64,000 bases of DNA from an uncultured virus (IMG/VR IMGVR_UViG_3300042882_000732) (IMGVR_UViG_3300042882_000732:1-64000), one strand, 5' to 3'. Shown: positions 1-11,175, counted from the stretch's first letter. Made by a program: numbers and translations. The notes: generated by a model from the sequence alone, not told the origin.

Positions 1-694
1 CACTTATTGTGCGAGAAATTTTAAATTGTGGTATATTGCGATAATATATATCATAAGTCGCTGTTGGAGTTGCTCCTTTTGGTTGTGCAGAATTTCCTCC
101 TCCAAGGCCTGGTAGAATTTTCGGATTGTCATATTCTACTTTATGAGTTATATTTACTTTATCATCAGCATAAACATAGTCTTCTAATGGCTCGATATTC
201 CACGAATCACTATATGACTTTACATACCATCCACTATATCCTGGCTCAAGATATTCTAGTGTTGCGGTATAATCTGCTGTATTAACCCAATTATCATTAG
301 TTCTATTAAAATCTAAACTAACGAATCTTACTCCACTAGCACTATATATTTCGCTACCATCACATGTTATTCTAAATAATCCACAAGAATCTGGTTTAAA
401 AATATTTTTAAGTTGTTTTATGCCATCCATTACATTTTTAATACCACTATTTTTTACAACCTTACCCATAACTGTAATTTTATTGTTAATAACTAATGGT
501 TCCCCAATCTCATTTCTTTCAACATTAGCAGAAAATTCAACCATAGGAGTCGGGCCAGCAGCCTCGTGTATTCCGCTACCATTAAAATAAACAATAACAG
601 ATCTTTGAGCCCCAGGATCATTAGGACCTTGTATAAATACCTGATTATTATCTTCACTAATTTTACTATTTAATATATCCAAAGAATAAACCAT
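1..694 (-). CDS. Partial (runs off window start) putative tail-tip/distal tail structural protein
   Basis: Not in the ORF track. Manual translation from ATG at 694 (MVYSLDILNSK...GPTPMVEF...ADYTATLEY...SDSWNIEP...IPQFKISRTIS) is open to base 1, with AAAGGA upstream. Function inferred only from position downstream of the TMP. Confidence 0.7.
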   Translation of the reverse strand, partial: MVYSLDILNSKISEDNNQVFIQGPNDPGAQRSVIVYFNGSGIHEAAGPTPMVEFSANVERNEIGEPLVINNKITVMGKVVKNSGIKNVMDGIKQLKNIFKPDSCGLFRITCDGSEIYSASGVRFVSLDFNRTNDNWVNTADYTATLEYLEPGYSGWYVKSYSDSWNIEPLEDYVYADDKVNITHKVEYDNPKILPGLGGGNSAQPKGATPTATYDIYYRNIPQFKISRTIS

Positions 695-715
695 ATTTGT
701 CCTTTCGATCCTTTA

Positions 716-2173
716 TTAAGCTGCTGACACCCATATTTCGGGTGATATTGTTCTTTGAGTCCAAGATGTCCCATTTGATGACGTAAGAGCAACCGATGAT
801 TCGTCACCGATCAGTATGAATCCATTTTTATAAATTAAATCATTCCAATTATTTCCATATACTGAATATTCAGTATAAGATACCCCATTATTTGTGGAAA
901 CAGCAACATACCCGCTATTGCTAAATATGACAATATTACTATTTCCATAAACTGCTTTTTTCCACAATCTTGAATTCGGTAAAACACTACTTCTATTCCA
1001 ATTAATTCCATCAGAAGATGTTGTTACAAATGTTGAGTCCGAAGCTACTGCAATAAACTTATTATTTACAAATGATACGCTCTGCCAATTTTCACTAGTG
1101 ACAAAAGAACCCTGTGTCCAATTAATTCCATCAGAGCTAGTAGCAAAAATATCAGACTGCGCTGCTAATATAACGTATACCCCATTACCATAAGCTCCGC
1201 TCGTCCAATCTGCTACCGTTGGCAAAGTAATTTCAGACCAATTTACTCCATTAGACGATATTGCTCCAACAGAAGATGATGATGATAATATTATATATTT
1301 ATTATTACCAAATAGTATCTTAGTACATAAATTATTAAAATTACTTAATAGCTGCCCAGTAGAATTTGTCCCATCGACAGATATATAAGATGCTGTCCAT
1401 GATGTTCCATAAATTGATTTATTTAATTTATTACTATTATAAGCACATGCTATATATTGATTAGATCCATATACCATACTGGTCCAATTTAAATTATCAG
1501 CCATAGTATAATCAGACCATGATTCTCCATTATTTGTACTGGCTGTTGCTGAATCACCTAGTGATATTACCACAGCTTTACTGCTAGTATTATTATTAGT
1601 TGGAGTAATAGTATTCGTTATGGTTAAAGTTGGAGTTAAAGTTGGACTAGTAGTATTGGTCGGTGTTAGAGTTGGCGTAATAGTATTAGTTGGTGTTTGA
1701 CTACTAGTTTGTGTTGGGGTAATGGTGCTTGTTTTTGTAACGGTGGCTGTGCGAGTAGGGGTCTTTGTAACAGTATTGGTGGGGGTTATTGTTTTTGTAA
1801 TACTTGGTGTTGGAGTAGATGTTCGTGTTGCTGTTGTGGTTTTTGTAGGTGTCGCTGTGACCGTTGGTGTTTTGGTTTTGGTGACTGTAGGAGTCGGGGT
1901 TTTTGTTACGGTAGGAGTAAGTGTTGGTGTTTTGGTTTGACTTGGAGTAGGACTACGAGTTAATCTCGGTATGGCCGTAGAATTTGGTGGCTCATATAGC
2001 GTTGTATTTTTTGATAATAACTTTCCTGTAAAATTATATCCCTTATAATATATTGAAATATTATTATTATTATAAATATTGCCATCATATATCATCTGCC
2101 CAATAGGCAGAAGGTATCTTGTAGGACTAACTGTGGGAGTAACTGTATTAGTTGGGGTCGGCGTACTCACCAA
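716..2173 (-). CDS. Virion protein with Pro/Thr-rich linker and C-terminal repeat beta-propeller (S-x-D/N-G-x-x-W repeats)
   Basis: Long TPTxT tract followed by repeated SSNGVNW/SSDGINWT/STNNG motifs (BNR/Asp-box-like). Propeller resembles that in 39587..41665. GGAG upstream. Confidence 0.65.
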   Translation of the reverse strand: MVSTPTPTNTVTPTVSPTRYLLPIGQMIYDGNIYNNNNISIYYKGYNFTGKLLSKNTTLYEPPNSTAIPRLTRSPTPSQTKTPTLTPTVTKTPTPTVTKTKTPTVTATPTKTTTATRTSTPTPSITKTITPTNTVTKTPTRTATVTKTSTITPTQTSSQTPTNTITPTLTPTNTTSPTLTPTLTITNTITPTNNNTSSKAVVISLGDSATASTNNGESWSDYTMADNLNWTSMVYGSNQYIACAYNSNKLNKSIYGTSWTASYISVDGTNSTGQLLSNFNNLCTKILFGNNKYIILSSSSSVGAISSNGVNWSEITLPTVADWTSGAYGNGVYVILAAQSDIFATSSDGINWTQGSFVTSENWQSVSFVNNKFIAVASDSTFVTTSSDGINWNRSSVLPNSRLWKKAVYGNSNIVIFSNSGYVAVSTNNGVSYTEYSVYGNNWNDLIYKNGFILIGDESSVALTSSNGTSWTQRTISPEIWVSAA

Positions 2174-2218
2174 TGATCTCCTTGTGTTATATTTAAATCC
2201 TTATTCATCATTTATTTA

Positions 2219-4873
2219 TTATAGGAAAGAGTCACGATTTTCGCATTGCGACGTTCTAATCTCCCAAAAGCCTAGAGAATTTATAGCATATTGAGTTAGT
2301 GCTGCTCCTGATCTCCAAGAACCAAATATTGTTGTAGCATGATAAAATACTGATGATCCAGCATTATTTGTTAACTCCCACCTAGAGGATGCCCCATTAT
2401 AAAATAATTTATAACTTAAATTGTCTCCGGATTTATAATATATATTACCTGATCTTATATATTCTCCTGACAATGTATTAAAATTATTAGAAGCATCTAC
2501 AAAATTACAAGCATAAATAGAATTCGGTGGTCCACTAGGTGTTACTGTAATAGTCGGGGTTATTGTTGGAGTAACACTAATAGTAGGAGTAATAGTTGCA
2601 GTAATGGTTCTGGTTGGAGTCGGAGAATTGGTTGTTGGTGGAGTTCTGCTAACAGTAACGGTGCGAGTCGGAGTAACGGTTAATGTTTTTGTAACTGTCC
2701 TTGTAGGAAGTGGTGTTCTTGGCAATCTGGTAAAGCATGTATTATTGGGCTGTTGACAAGTTACTAAATGGGTTTTTTCTTCAACAGTTAAAGATCCGTT
2801 GTCTTGCACTAATTGTGAGGTTAATACTACAGCTAAGACATTAGAATATCTTGTAATTGGAACTAGTATCGTTTCTGATACATCAGATGCTACAAAATTA
2901 ATAGTACTAATTGGTAAAAAGGCATCATACTTATCTGGCTTAGTCAAAGATAAATTAACAGTATATGAATCTCCAATTTTTAAATCATTAAAAATAATTT
3001 GTTTTATCTGATTAATAAGTTTTGGACCTTCTCCATATTGATCATAATCAACGCAAGATGGCTGTACATCAGATTGTGTTGAATATTGAAAATATCCACT
3101 ATATACTGGTCCTGCTGGAAATTTATTTAAACTAAAGTAAGCACTTTTATACCATTCATGAATATTTGGTAAAAAGTATTTTGCATCAACTGATCTTATG
3201 AGTCCACTATTAGATGATATTCCTCCGTCATATGATGGTGCTGTAAAATTATAAGCACCAATATTTGTAATTAAAGAATTACTATCAGAAACTTTATTGT
3301 GTAACCAATTGCAATATCTCGCTGCCATCGGCCACGTAATAAATATTGCTGGTTTATTATGCATATATCTATTAACTACATATTTTTCACCAGGATTATT
3401 ATTTGGAACATATGAAATACCACCTCTATCTGAGGACATTAAGTATGTATAAAGTACTCCAGTAGAAGATGCAGAATTCTGATTATATCCATTATTATAA
3501 GAGTTTAATTGAACCTGATTTCCTGAAGGATCAACTGTATTCAAAAAGTTTACATAATCTTGATTTGTAATCTGATAAGACGCAGCCCTATATCCAGTAG
3601 CCACAGAGCCAATAGCATAACTTGTTCCACCACACATATCAGTAAGTTGTGGTAAAAGTACGTTATTATTATATATGTCTTTTATAAGAGTTGTTTGACC
3701 AAAATTAGAATTAAATTCTGTATTAATACTGTACCAAGTTTGACTATCATAACTATGAGCATAAAGTATACTATTATTATGATCAAAGGTCGTTTGTAGT
3801 GTTCTGCCAGCAGCATCACCAGTAATCTTAGCTCCTGTAATATATACTGGATTTTGTCCTGACATGGTTGGAGTCAAATCAAAACAATATAAATATCCAA
3901 ACTTAGTTGTTGCATAGAGATGTCCTTTTGTTAGGCTGCCAGAAATGGAGATATCTCCAAATTGGTTGTCATAAAGATTGGGCAGAATAGGGATCGTAGA
4001 TAATGTAAAGGAAGCAAAACTATTACCACTAACTGCAAGTCCATTATTGGATACTGAGGTAAAAGATATTTTACTTAGAACGCCTGTAGACTCAGACATA
4101 AACCAATAACCACCTGACCCGCTCGCATTATTCCAATATGATGCATTGTATATTGGTTTAGTGATAGCATTATTCCAGTCAGAAATACCACTAATATTAG
4201 TTAGTGATGGAGTATTATTGCTATCATAATTTATTTTTACAGAGTAAAGTCCGGATCCATTATTTCCTGGAATTCCAAATGGCAATGTTCCAGTACCATA
4301 ATACATAAATATTAAATGATTTGTTTGATTATTATAGGCGATGGCATTGCTACCTGTTGGAAGCGAAAGCCCTGTGCTCATAATTTTTACAATTTGCTGA
4401 GAATCTGGTTGCAATCTCCATATGTTATTATCTTTATCCACGCCATAAATATTACCCTTTGGAACATTCTGAGACTGATTATTCTGACCAGAAACTGTAA
4501 CAAAATTTGATAAATTTAATGGATTAGTATATGAAAATACTCTAAACCCATTTTCATTAGTAGCATTTAAACTATTATATAAAAAAGGATCATTTAATCC
4601 TGGTCTAGTATATTGACCATAATTGTCGCTACTAATTCCAGAAAAATTGGTTGCCCAAGATCCACCATATGCTACTCTACTAAAAACGTATTCATTATTT
4701 CCACCTAAATACGTTTGTTCTTCAGTCCATTCTAGAACATTGCCTCCTTGATCATAAGTTCCCCAAAAACTTGGGTTTCCATTTTGACCAACTGCACTAA
4801 CGTTGCCAGTAAAATCATTCCATGATACACATTTATTGTAATTTGCAGTATTGAATCCTGAAATAATAGCCAT
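2219..4873 (-). CDS. FGE-sulfatase-fold (C-type-lectin-like) protein, circularly permuted, with insertion and PT linker
   Basis: GTYDQGGNVLEW, GGSW and GFRV motifs at the N-terminus; YQITNQDYVNFLN, WPMAARYCNWL and LPNIHEWYKSAY motifs later; Pro/Thr tract near the C-terminus. Confidence 0.7.
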   Translation of the reverse strand: MAIISGFNTANYNKCVSWNDFTGNVSAVGQNGNPSFWGTYDQGGNVLEWTEEQTYLGGNNEYVFSRVAYGGSWATNFSGISSDNYGQYTRPGLNDPFLYNSLNATNENGFRVFSYTNPLNLSNFVTVSGQNNQSQNVPKGNIYGVDKDNNIWRLQPDSQQIVKIMSTGLSLPTGSNAIAYNNQTNHLIFMYYGTGTLPFGIPGNNGSGLYSVKINYDSNNTPSLTNISGISDWNNAITKPIYNASYWNNASGSGGYWFMSESTGVLSKISFTSVSNNGLAVSGNSFASFTLSTIPILPNLYDNQFGDISISGSLTKGHLYATTKFGYLYCFDLTPTMSGQNPVYITGAKITGDAAGRTLQTTFDHNNSILYAHSYDSQTWYSINTEFNSNFGQTTLIKDIYNNNVLLPQLTDMCGGTSYAIGSVATGYRAASYQITNQDYVNFLNTVDPSGNQVQLNSYNNGYNQNSASSTGVLYTYLMSSDRGGISYVPNNNPGEKYVVNRYMHNKPAIFITWPMAARYCNWLHNKVSDSNSLITNIGAYNFTAPSYDGGISSNSGLIRSVDAKYFLPNIHEWYKSAYFSLNKFPAGPVYSGYFQYSTQSDVQPSCVDYDQYGEGPKLINQIKQIIFNDLKIGDSYTVNLSLTKPDKYDAFLPISTINFVASDVSETILVPITRYSNVLAVVLTSQLVQDNGSLTVEEKTHLVTCQQPNNTCFTRLPRTPLPTRTVTKTLTVTPTRTVTVSRTPPTTNSPTPTRTITATITPTISVTPTITPTITVTPSGPPNSIYACNFVDASNNFNTLSGEYIRSGNIYYKSGDNLSYKLFYNGASSRWELTNNAGSSVFYHATTIFGSWRSGAALTQYAINSLGFWEIRTSQCENRDSFL

Positions 4874-4888
4874 GTAATCCCTTTTATA

Positions 4889-7800
4889 TTATGTTGCACA
4901 TTCATTTGGTCCGCACTTTAGACCAAGATAATCATTAGCTTCTATTCCATTATTTTCATTAAATAATCTAAATCTAACAACACCCTCATCATAATTATCC
5001 AAAGACATATTAGCAATGCCCATAACAACTCCTGAGCCATTTTTGGTGAATGTCATATAGCCGCTAGATGGTTGATTAAACGTGACGTTATTTGTTAATG
5101 ATGAAAATTCATATTTATATCTATCACTAGAAGAAGCTTCTCTAATATTAACAAGCATTAATCTGGTTCCAGAGCAGCACGATCCTAGATTTAATAGTGG
5201 ACCACCAGATATTGCTACAGAAACAGGGTTGTTGGCTACGCAATCATTACACTCTATCTTATAGTCTTTACCATAGGCTATAGACTGTGAACATCCAGAT
5301 TGTTGTACACTAATATTTAGTGTAACGAACTCTGTTCGATTCTTATTGTATAAACTATTTGTTCTATACTTGAGTATAGCATCTTTAGTATTCATAGCGC
5401 ATTCGCCACTAGGAAAACAAAATCCAATATCCGTATATATTATTTTATTGTCTTGTGTTGCAATAAATGATCCGCTTTGTGGAGTTACAACTACTGGCCA
5501 ATTACTATCTAAATAATTAACAGTATATTCATATTTTTCTCCAACTACTAATCCAGAAGTTCTTGTTCTTAAAGAGAAAGCTCCCTTTGAAACACTATTT
5601 AGAGTAATTCCATCATTACTTCCAATGACAGTGCCTCCATCGCTAGTCAAAGGAGGATTATAAGTAATTTCTAATCCACCTATATTATTAGTCATAGTTA
5701 ATAATGAAGTATTACTAGATACTTTTGACAATCCAGGAGCTGCTAGTGGCTCAACCTCAAGAATAAAATTCACAAATTTAGTAAATGCTAGCTCACTATT
5801 TGTGGTTTGACACACAGAGTCTAAGTCATAAGAGAGAACGCTACTATTAACATTATTAGGACACAATCCTGTCGATTTACAGAATTGAATAGATGTAGGT
5901 ATTTCATACCCACTAGCATTTCTAATAATTCCACTGATAGGATATACTATAGCTGGCCAATTTCCGTCCAAAGATTTGTATTTATATGAATAAACAATAT
6001 CTGGTAGTAGATTTTTGATAACTGGAGTAATCCTGTAAGAATCGCGGAAACTAATTCCTCCAGTTGCAGGGATTCCTGATATAGTTACTTTTGGCAAACA
6101 ATCTGTACTATCACACTTTATAGAAAATACATTACTAAAGGCTTCTGCTTCTGGTAAATTAGTATTTAGTGCCTTTACCTTAGCTCTAACATTAAATTGT
6201 TTACGATTTTCACTATCAGAGGTATATGTATATGGCAATACATATAAACTATCACTAGGACATAGTCCTGTAGAATAGCATATATCATAATATATAGTAG
6301 CTTCACCAGAGGTATTAGGTGATACTAATGTTCCACTAATCGGATTAACTATCATAGGCCAGTTATTCTTAACAGACTCTAGAACATAAGAATATTCAAC
6401 TCCTGGGACCAAACCATTTAAATTTAATTTAATATTATTATTTGGATTAGCTTTCGAAGGATTATTAATGACCGATGTTTTGAACTCAGCAGATAAAGGA
6501 TTTACGCAACCAGAGCATATGATTGTTGTTTCATTACTATATACCGTTTGTAGTCCTGGTAAATTTGGAACTAATTCTAATTTTACTTTGGTAACTTTGG
6601 ATAACGACGCAAGTCTATATTGACTATCATTTGCTAGTGTATAATTTAAAACATTCTTTGATCCAGTTTGGCAAACGCCGGTTCCTGCACAAAAAGAAAC
6701 CTCTACAGGTATATCAAAGCTTGTGCTACTGATAATATTACCACTCATTGGATTCAATATCGTTGGCCAATTGCTATCTAGGCCAATAAATCTATATTTA
6801 TACTCTACTCCCTCCAATAAATTAACGCCAGATATAGGAAATCTTTTGGGATTTATATCGCTAAGAACTATAGTATCTGGTAGCACCACCTCTGGATCAG
6901 GTATACAACCAGAACATCTAATTAACGATTCGTTACTATACACTGTTGGCAAATCATCATCAATAGGATCAAATTCAACCTGGAATTTACTAGACTTCTG
7001 TAATGAACCTAAAGTAAATTGATTATATGATGTTACTGCGTTATATGGTAGAATATTTTTATTACCATTTGGACAAATCCCTGTTGATGCACAAAAGGCT
7101 ATTGACAAAGCAATATCACATGTTGCACTATTTACTATAGTACCACTCATTGGATTAATAACAGTAGGCCAATTACTATCAATAGATAATACTTTATATT
7201 TATATGATGTATTTGGCGATAAATCAGTTCCAACCATATTTATGGTAGCAGTATTGCTGGACCCTACTGTAACATCTTTTGGAACTTCAATAACTGGAGC
7301 AGGAATGCAGCCACTGCATTTTATCATAGCCTCATTGCTATATATTGTTGCTAAATCATTATTTAATGGCAATACTGGATCTATTTCTAGTCTAATTTTT
7401 GCAAATTTATTTAAAGATCCAAAATTAAATTGTTTATTAGATCCTGCCATATATGGTAGTATATTTGGAGATCCGTTGGGGCAAACTCCTGTGGTTTGGC
7501 AAAATGAAGTTGAGACAGATAGTGTGTGATCGCTAACTGAAGTAATTACTCCACTTATAGGATTAATGCTAACGGGCCAATTAGAGTCTAAACTTATAAA
7601 TTTATATCTATATTCTGAAGTGGGTGAAAGATTATTAATAACAACATTAAATGAGCTCTCATTATCATCTCCCACGATCACATTTGGTATAGTAGCAGAT
7701 GGCTGAGGAATACAATTATCACAAGTAACAATATAAGCATTACTATTTACTGACGGAATATCGTATCCAATAGGAGTAACTTCTGCTTTGAATCTTGCGA

Positions 7801-9277
7801 TTTTATTGTTGCAGTTTGGGGCTGCTGTATACGTTAGAACATTAGCGCAGCCATTTGGACAAAGTCCTGTGGATTGACATAGCGTAACAGAAACTGGGAC
7901 AGTATAAGTTGTGCTGCCAACATTGTTTCTTATGATACTTCCGCTTAATGGATTGATAATTGCTGGCCAATTACTATCAATATTTTTAAATACATATTGA
8001 TACTCGATTCCAGGAACCATATTATCTATTTCAAGATTAAAATCTGTATAGTTTCCATCTCCAAATGATAATGTAGTATTCAATGGTAGTCTGGCTCTTA
8101 GTAATGGAAGACAATCGTTACATACCGCAACAATATCATTACTATAAGCAACAGGAGTAGCATAGGCATTTTGGTTCAAAGACATTTTGAACCTGGATTG
8201 TTTTTTTATAGAATTTAAAGCAACACTTGATGATCTTAGATTTGTATATGGCATAATTCCAGCACTGCCACTTGGACATAATCCTGTAGCAGTACAAAAG
8301 GTTGCAACGACCGGTAATCTCATAGAGTCTGAAGTAGCAATTATGCTACCAGATTGGGGAGATAGTATTAATGGCCAGTTGCCATCAAGCCCAGCAAATG
8401 AATAATTATACTGTTCGCCAATAACAAGATTATTGATTGTTACTTCAAACTCATTATTACTATGATTACTTCCTATATTAACAAAGTTGGGAGATAGTAT
8501 CTGTATAGCTGGTATACAATCTACACAGGTTGCAGAGAATGATCCTGCAACTTTATTTTGAAATGTACTATCATTTGGAGTTAACGATACATCTATAATA
8601 GAATAAGGATCTTCAGTAAATCTTCTATTTTGTATATTCTGATAATTAATTATAGACGGATCTGTGCTTGGACAAGCTCCTGTTGATGGACAAAAAGATA
8701 GTAGTCCATTAACGGTAAAATCAGAAGATGAGGTGGTAATGATTCCTGATCTGGGCGTTACTTTTAAAGGCCAATTACCTCCTCCTCCATTCAAAACATA
8801 AGTATATTCTTGATTTGGTATTAAACCTTCACATTTAACATTAAATGTTTTTGAATTTCCATCAGTGCTTGTTAATGATAGGTCGCCATCTCCATTATTA
8901 AAAGATAAAGATAATGATGATGGAATACATTGATCACACTGCACTATGCACGGATGAGTATATAGAAGTTCATCAGAATCATTATCTCTAATTTCTAAAT
9001 CTAAAATAGTATATAAACTTTTATTATCTAGATCTAAACCAGGTGCGGTAAGACTATTTTCTGGAACATTATAAAATACATTAGGGTCAGATTCTGGACA
9101 TTCTCCAGAATTCGAACAAAAATAAACATATGATTTAACACTGTCGGGGAAAAACACACCAGACAATGGAGATATTCTTACAGGCCAGTTTCCACCATTA
9201 TTCTTAAAAATAAAATTATATTTTGTAGCAGGATCAAATCCACTTACTTTAACATTTATTGCTTGGATAGTTGACAT
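4889..9277 (-). CDS. Large Cys-rich tandem-repeat structural protein (about 135-aa repeat x10)
   Basis: Ten NWPxxxxPxSG motifs, most followed by (F/L/I)CxxxGxCP and CxxCxP; beta-rich composition. Confidence 0.75.
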   Translation of the reverse strand: MSTIQAINVKVSGFDPATKYNFIFKNNGGNWPVRISPLSGVFFPDSVKSYVYFCSNSGECPESDPNVFYNVPENSLTAPGLDLDNKSLYTILDLEIRDNDSDELLYTHPCIVQCDQCIPSSLSLSFNNGDGDLSLTSTDGNSKTFNVKCEGLIPNQEYTYVLNGGGGNWPLKVTPRSGIITTSSSDFTVNGLLSFCPSTGACPSTDPSIINYQNIQNRRFTEDPYSIIDVSLTPNDSTFQNKVAGSFSATCVDCIPAIQILSPNFVNIGSNHSNNEFEVTINNLVIGEQYNYSFAGLDGNWPLILSPQSGSIIATSDSMRLPVVATFCTATGLCPSGSAGIMPYTNLRSSSVALNSIKKQSRFKMSLNQNAYATPVAYSNDIVAVCNDCLPLLRARLPLNTTLSFGDGNYTDFNLEIDNMVPGIEYQYVFKNIDSNWPAIINPLSGSIIRNNVGSTTYTVPVSVTLCQSTGLCPNGCANVLTYTAAPNCNNKIARFKAEVTPIGYDIPSVNSNAYIVTCDNCIPQPSATIPNVIVGDDNESSFNVVINNLSPTSEYRYKFISLDSNWPVSINPISGVITSVSDHTLSVSTSFCQTTGVCPNGSPNILPYMAGSNKQFNFGSLNKFAKIRLEIDPVLPLNNDLATIYSNEAMIKCSGCIPAPVIEVPKDVTVGSSNTATINMVGTDLSPNTSYKYKVLSIDSNWPTVINPMSGTIVNSATCDIALSIAFCASTGICPNGNKNILPYNAVTSYNQFTLGSLQKSSKFQVEFDPIDDDLPTVYSNESLIRCSGCIPDPEVVLPDTIVLSDINPKRFPISGVNLLEGVEYKYRFIGLDSNWPTILNPMSGNIISSTSFDIPVEVSFCAGTGVCQTGSKNVLNYTLANDSQYRLASLSKVTKVKLELVPNLPGLQTVYSNETTIICSGCVNPLSAEFKTSVINNPSKANPNNNIKLNLNGLVPGVEYSYVLESVKNNWPMIVNPISGTLVSPNTSGEATIYYDICYSTGLCPSDSLYVLPYTYTSDSENRKQFNVRAKVKALNTNLPEAEAFSNVFSIKCDSTDCLPKVTISGIPATGGISFRDSYRITPVIKNLLPDIVYSYKYKSLDGNWPAIVYPISGIIRNASGYEIPTSIQFCKSTGLCPNNVNSSVLSYDLDSVCQTTNSELAFTKFVNFILEVEPLAAPGLSKVSSNTSLLTMTNNIGGLEITYNPPLTSDGGTVIGSNDGITLNSVSKGAFSLRTRTSGLVVGEKYEYTVNYLDSNWPVVVTPQSGSFIATQDNKIIYTDIGFCFPSGECAMNTKDAILKYRTNSLYNKNRTEFVTLNISVQQSGCSQSIAYGKDYKIECNDCVANNPVSVAISGGPLLNLGSCCSGTRLMLVNIREASSSDRYKYEFSSLTNNVTFNQPSSGYMTFTKNGSGVVMGIANMSLDNYDEGVVRFRLFNENNGIEANDYLGLKCGPNECAT

Positions 9278-9296
9278 TATTTCCTCTTTATTTTTA

Positions 9297-10121
9297 TTAA
9301 GTACAATTTGATGGTGTGCTGAGTGATATATTTACACTTTTAGTTGCTTGACTCTCTTGAATTGCTATGCAATCAGAACAATAAAATTTAGCTATATTAC
9401 TGTCATGTACAATATCGGAATACTCTGTATCGGAATACGATAATCTAATAGTAACTTCAGGATTATACCAATGCAATTTTGGATGATTATTAATTGAATA
9501 ATTTAAAACTCCATATCTACCATTATAACAAACTCCTGAATTCTGGCAGAATCCAGCATCTATATTTAATACTACTGGATTTGCTGGAGTTCCACCGCTA
9601 CCAGAATGAAAATATCCTGTTGGTGAAGAAACAACGAATGGCCAATTAGCATCTAAAGAATATATAGAATATTGATAAGTTTTTTGTGGAGTAAGATTAA
9701 TAAATTTAATACTCAAATTTGTTTCATCGTTCGTAGTCAATAATGTTTGGGAGGCTGTTATCTCGGCTTTTGGTAGACTATAATTGGAGCTTAATTTAAA
9801 TGCAGAACTTTGATAAATTTTCGTTGGATCTCTTACTAGATTAAAATCAATAGCTATATTACTAAAATAATCGTCCCCTACTGTACAAAAATGTTCTGTG
9901 CATGGAAGATATCCCTCATAATTTTCATCACAACTGGTTTTAGTTGGACAAAAATAAGCGGAAGCAGATATGGTCCCACTAGTACTAGTTGAAGAAAATA
10001 TTCCACTAATAGGAGTTATAGTTATGGGCCAATTAGAACTTATGCTTTTGAAAGTATAGTTATACTTTTCATTTGGAGTTAAATTGGTCAATGTTACAGT
10101 AACGTCTTTTGGATTTGGCAT
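9297..10121 (-). CDS. Cys-rich repeat protein (two copies of the NWP repeat)
   Basis: SNWPITITPISG and ANWPFVVSSPTG, FCQNSGVC, CSDC; GAGG upstream. Confidence 0.7.
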   Translation of the reverse strand: MPNPKDVTVTLTNLTPNEKYNYTFKSISSNWPITITPISGIFSSTSTSGTISASAYFCPTKTSCDENYEGYLPCTEHFCTVGDDYFSNIAIDFNLVRDPTKIYQSSAFKLSSNYSLPKAEITASQTLLTTNDETNLSIKFINLTPQKTYQYSIYSLDANWPFVVSSPTGYFHSGSGGTPANPVVLNIDAGFCQNSGVCYNGRYGVLNYSINNHPKLHWYNPEVTIRLSYSDTEYSDIVHDSNIAKFYCSDCIAIQESQATKSVNISLSTPSNCT

Positions 10122-10157
10122 TATAATACCTCAAAACATATGGTAATCAATGGTTAA

Positions 10158-10163
10158 TACACC
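10158..10163 (-). promoter_or_regulatory. Putative late promoter element GGTGTA
   Basis: GGTGTA in intergenic gap about 37 nt upstream of start 10121; recurs in six other gaps. Confidence 0.55.
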
Positions 10164-10188
10164 ATATTAGATTGTTAAATTTGATCAA

Positions 10189-11175
10189 TTATTCTGTTAT
10201 TTTGAAACTAATATTAGGCAAAGATGGTGTCGTGTTAAGGTTAGAGGTGGCGTATTTTAATATTATATAATCGCTATATACAGTATTATCATTTAGGCAA
10301 TCATCACATTTAAGTGATGCTCTAATAATTACTCTATAGTCGATACTGGATCGCCAAAGAATAGGATAATCAGGTGTTGTATATGGATTCAATATTTCTG
10401 GATAAGAATCACAGGCGCCAGATGCACAAAATACTAATCGGTTAGTTACAGATGATATATCTTCTATTGTGTCTAATGTATTTTTACCAGTAGTTAATGT
10501 GCCAGAAGGTTTTCCAACAAAATAGGTTGGCCATTCAGCATCAATAACATCAACACTATAGGTGTAGTTTTTATAAGATTGTAATCCAGTAACGGCTATA
10601 TTAAAACTATAAGTATTATTAGTCGCATTAAATGAATTAGGTATAATGGCTTGGGTGCCCATTGTCTCATTATTGGTGTTTCCTTCGGATCCTTCAACAA
10701 CAGGAGGAACAACAACTGGATTATTTTCTGGAGATGTTATAGAAGCAGACGGATAGGACATTGCTGTTAAATTAGAAACAGGCACTGTTGAAGTTATTAT
10801 TTTAATAGATGGTAAATTCTGTATATCATCTATAAATCCTTCTAATGGACCTCCGGCTGCTGGGATATTTATTGGTAATTGTGCAGATTCTCTCATTATA
10901 AAATAGTAAGACTGTCTAGGCTGTAATGACACTAGCGTAGAATTCGAGTCTGGTTGATATATTTTTACTCCATTCTCAACTGCCAAAGGTTTTGTCCAGA
11001 AAGTTGGAACTGCTCCGTTGGGAGGATTTTGACTTGCATATATAGTACTAACAGATTGTAATAATTTGTTAAAATCTATTAATTGATCCGGCGTCAAATT
11101 TGCTGATTGACCGGTTAAATTTAATGGAGTTTGTCCAGCATAGTGTGTTATACATAATGGACTATTTATTATCAT
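10189..11175 (-). CDS. Hypothetical structural protein with one degenerate NWP-type repeat
   Basis: YTYSVDVIDAEWPTYFVGKPSG...FCASGAC...CDDC. Confidence 0.65.
   Translation of the reverse strand: MIINSPLCITHYAGQTPLNLTGQSANLTPDQLIDFNKLLQSVSTIYASQNPPNGAVPTFWTKPLAVENGVKIYQPDSNSTLVSLQPRQSYYFIMRESAQLPINIPAAGGPLEGFIDDIQNLPSIKIITSTVPVSNLTAMSYPSASITSPENNPVVVPPVVEGSEGNTNNETMGTQAIIPNSFNATNNTYSFNIAVTGLQSYKNYTYSVDVIDAEWPTYFVGKPSGTLTTGKNTLDTIEDISSVTNRLVFCASGACDSYPEILNPYTTPDYPILWRSSIDYRVIIRASLKCDDCLNDNTVYSDYIILKYATSNLNTTPSLPNISFKITE

Noticed and set aside
1590..1963. Repetitive DNA and + strand Val/Gly-rich ORFs (also at 40362-40759)
   Set aside because: These are antisense shadows of Pro/Thr codon tracts. 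There is no fixed repeat-spacer structure, so not CRISPR.
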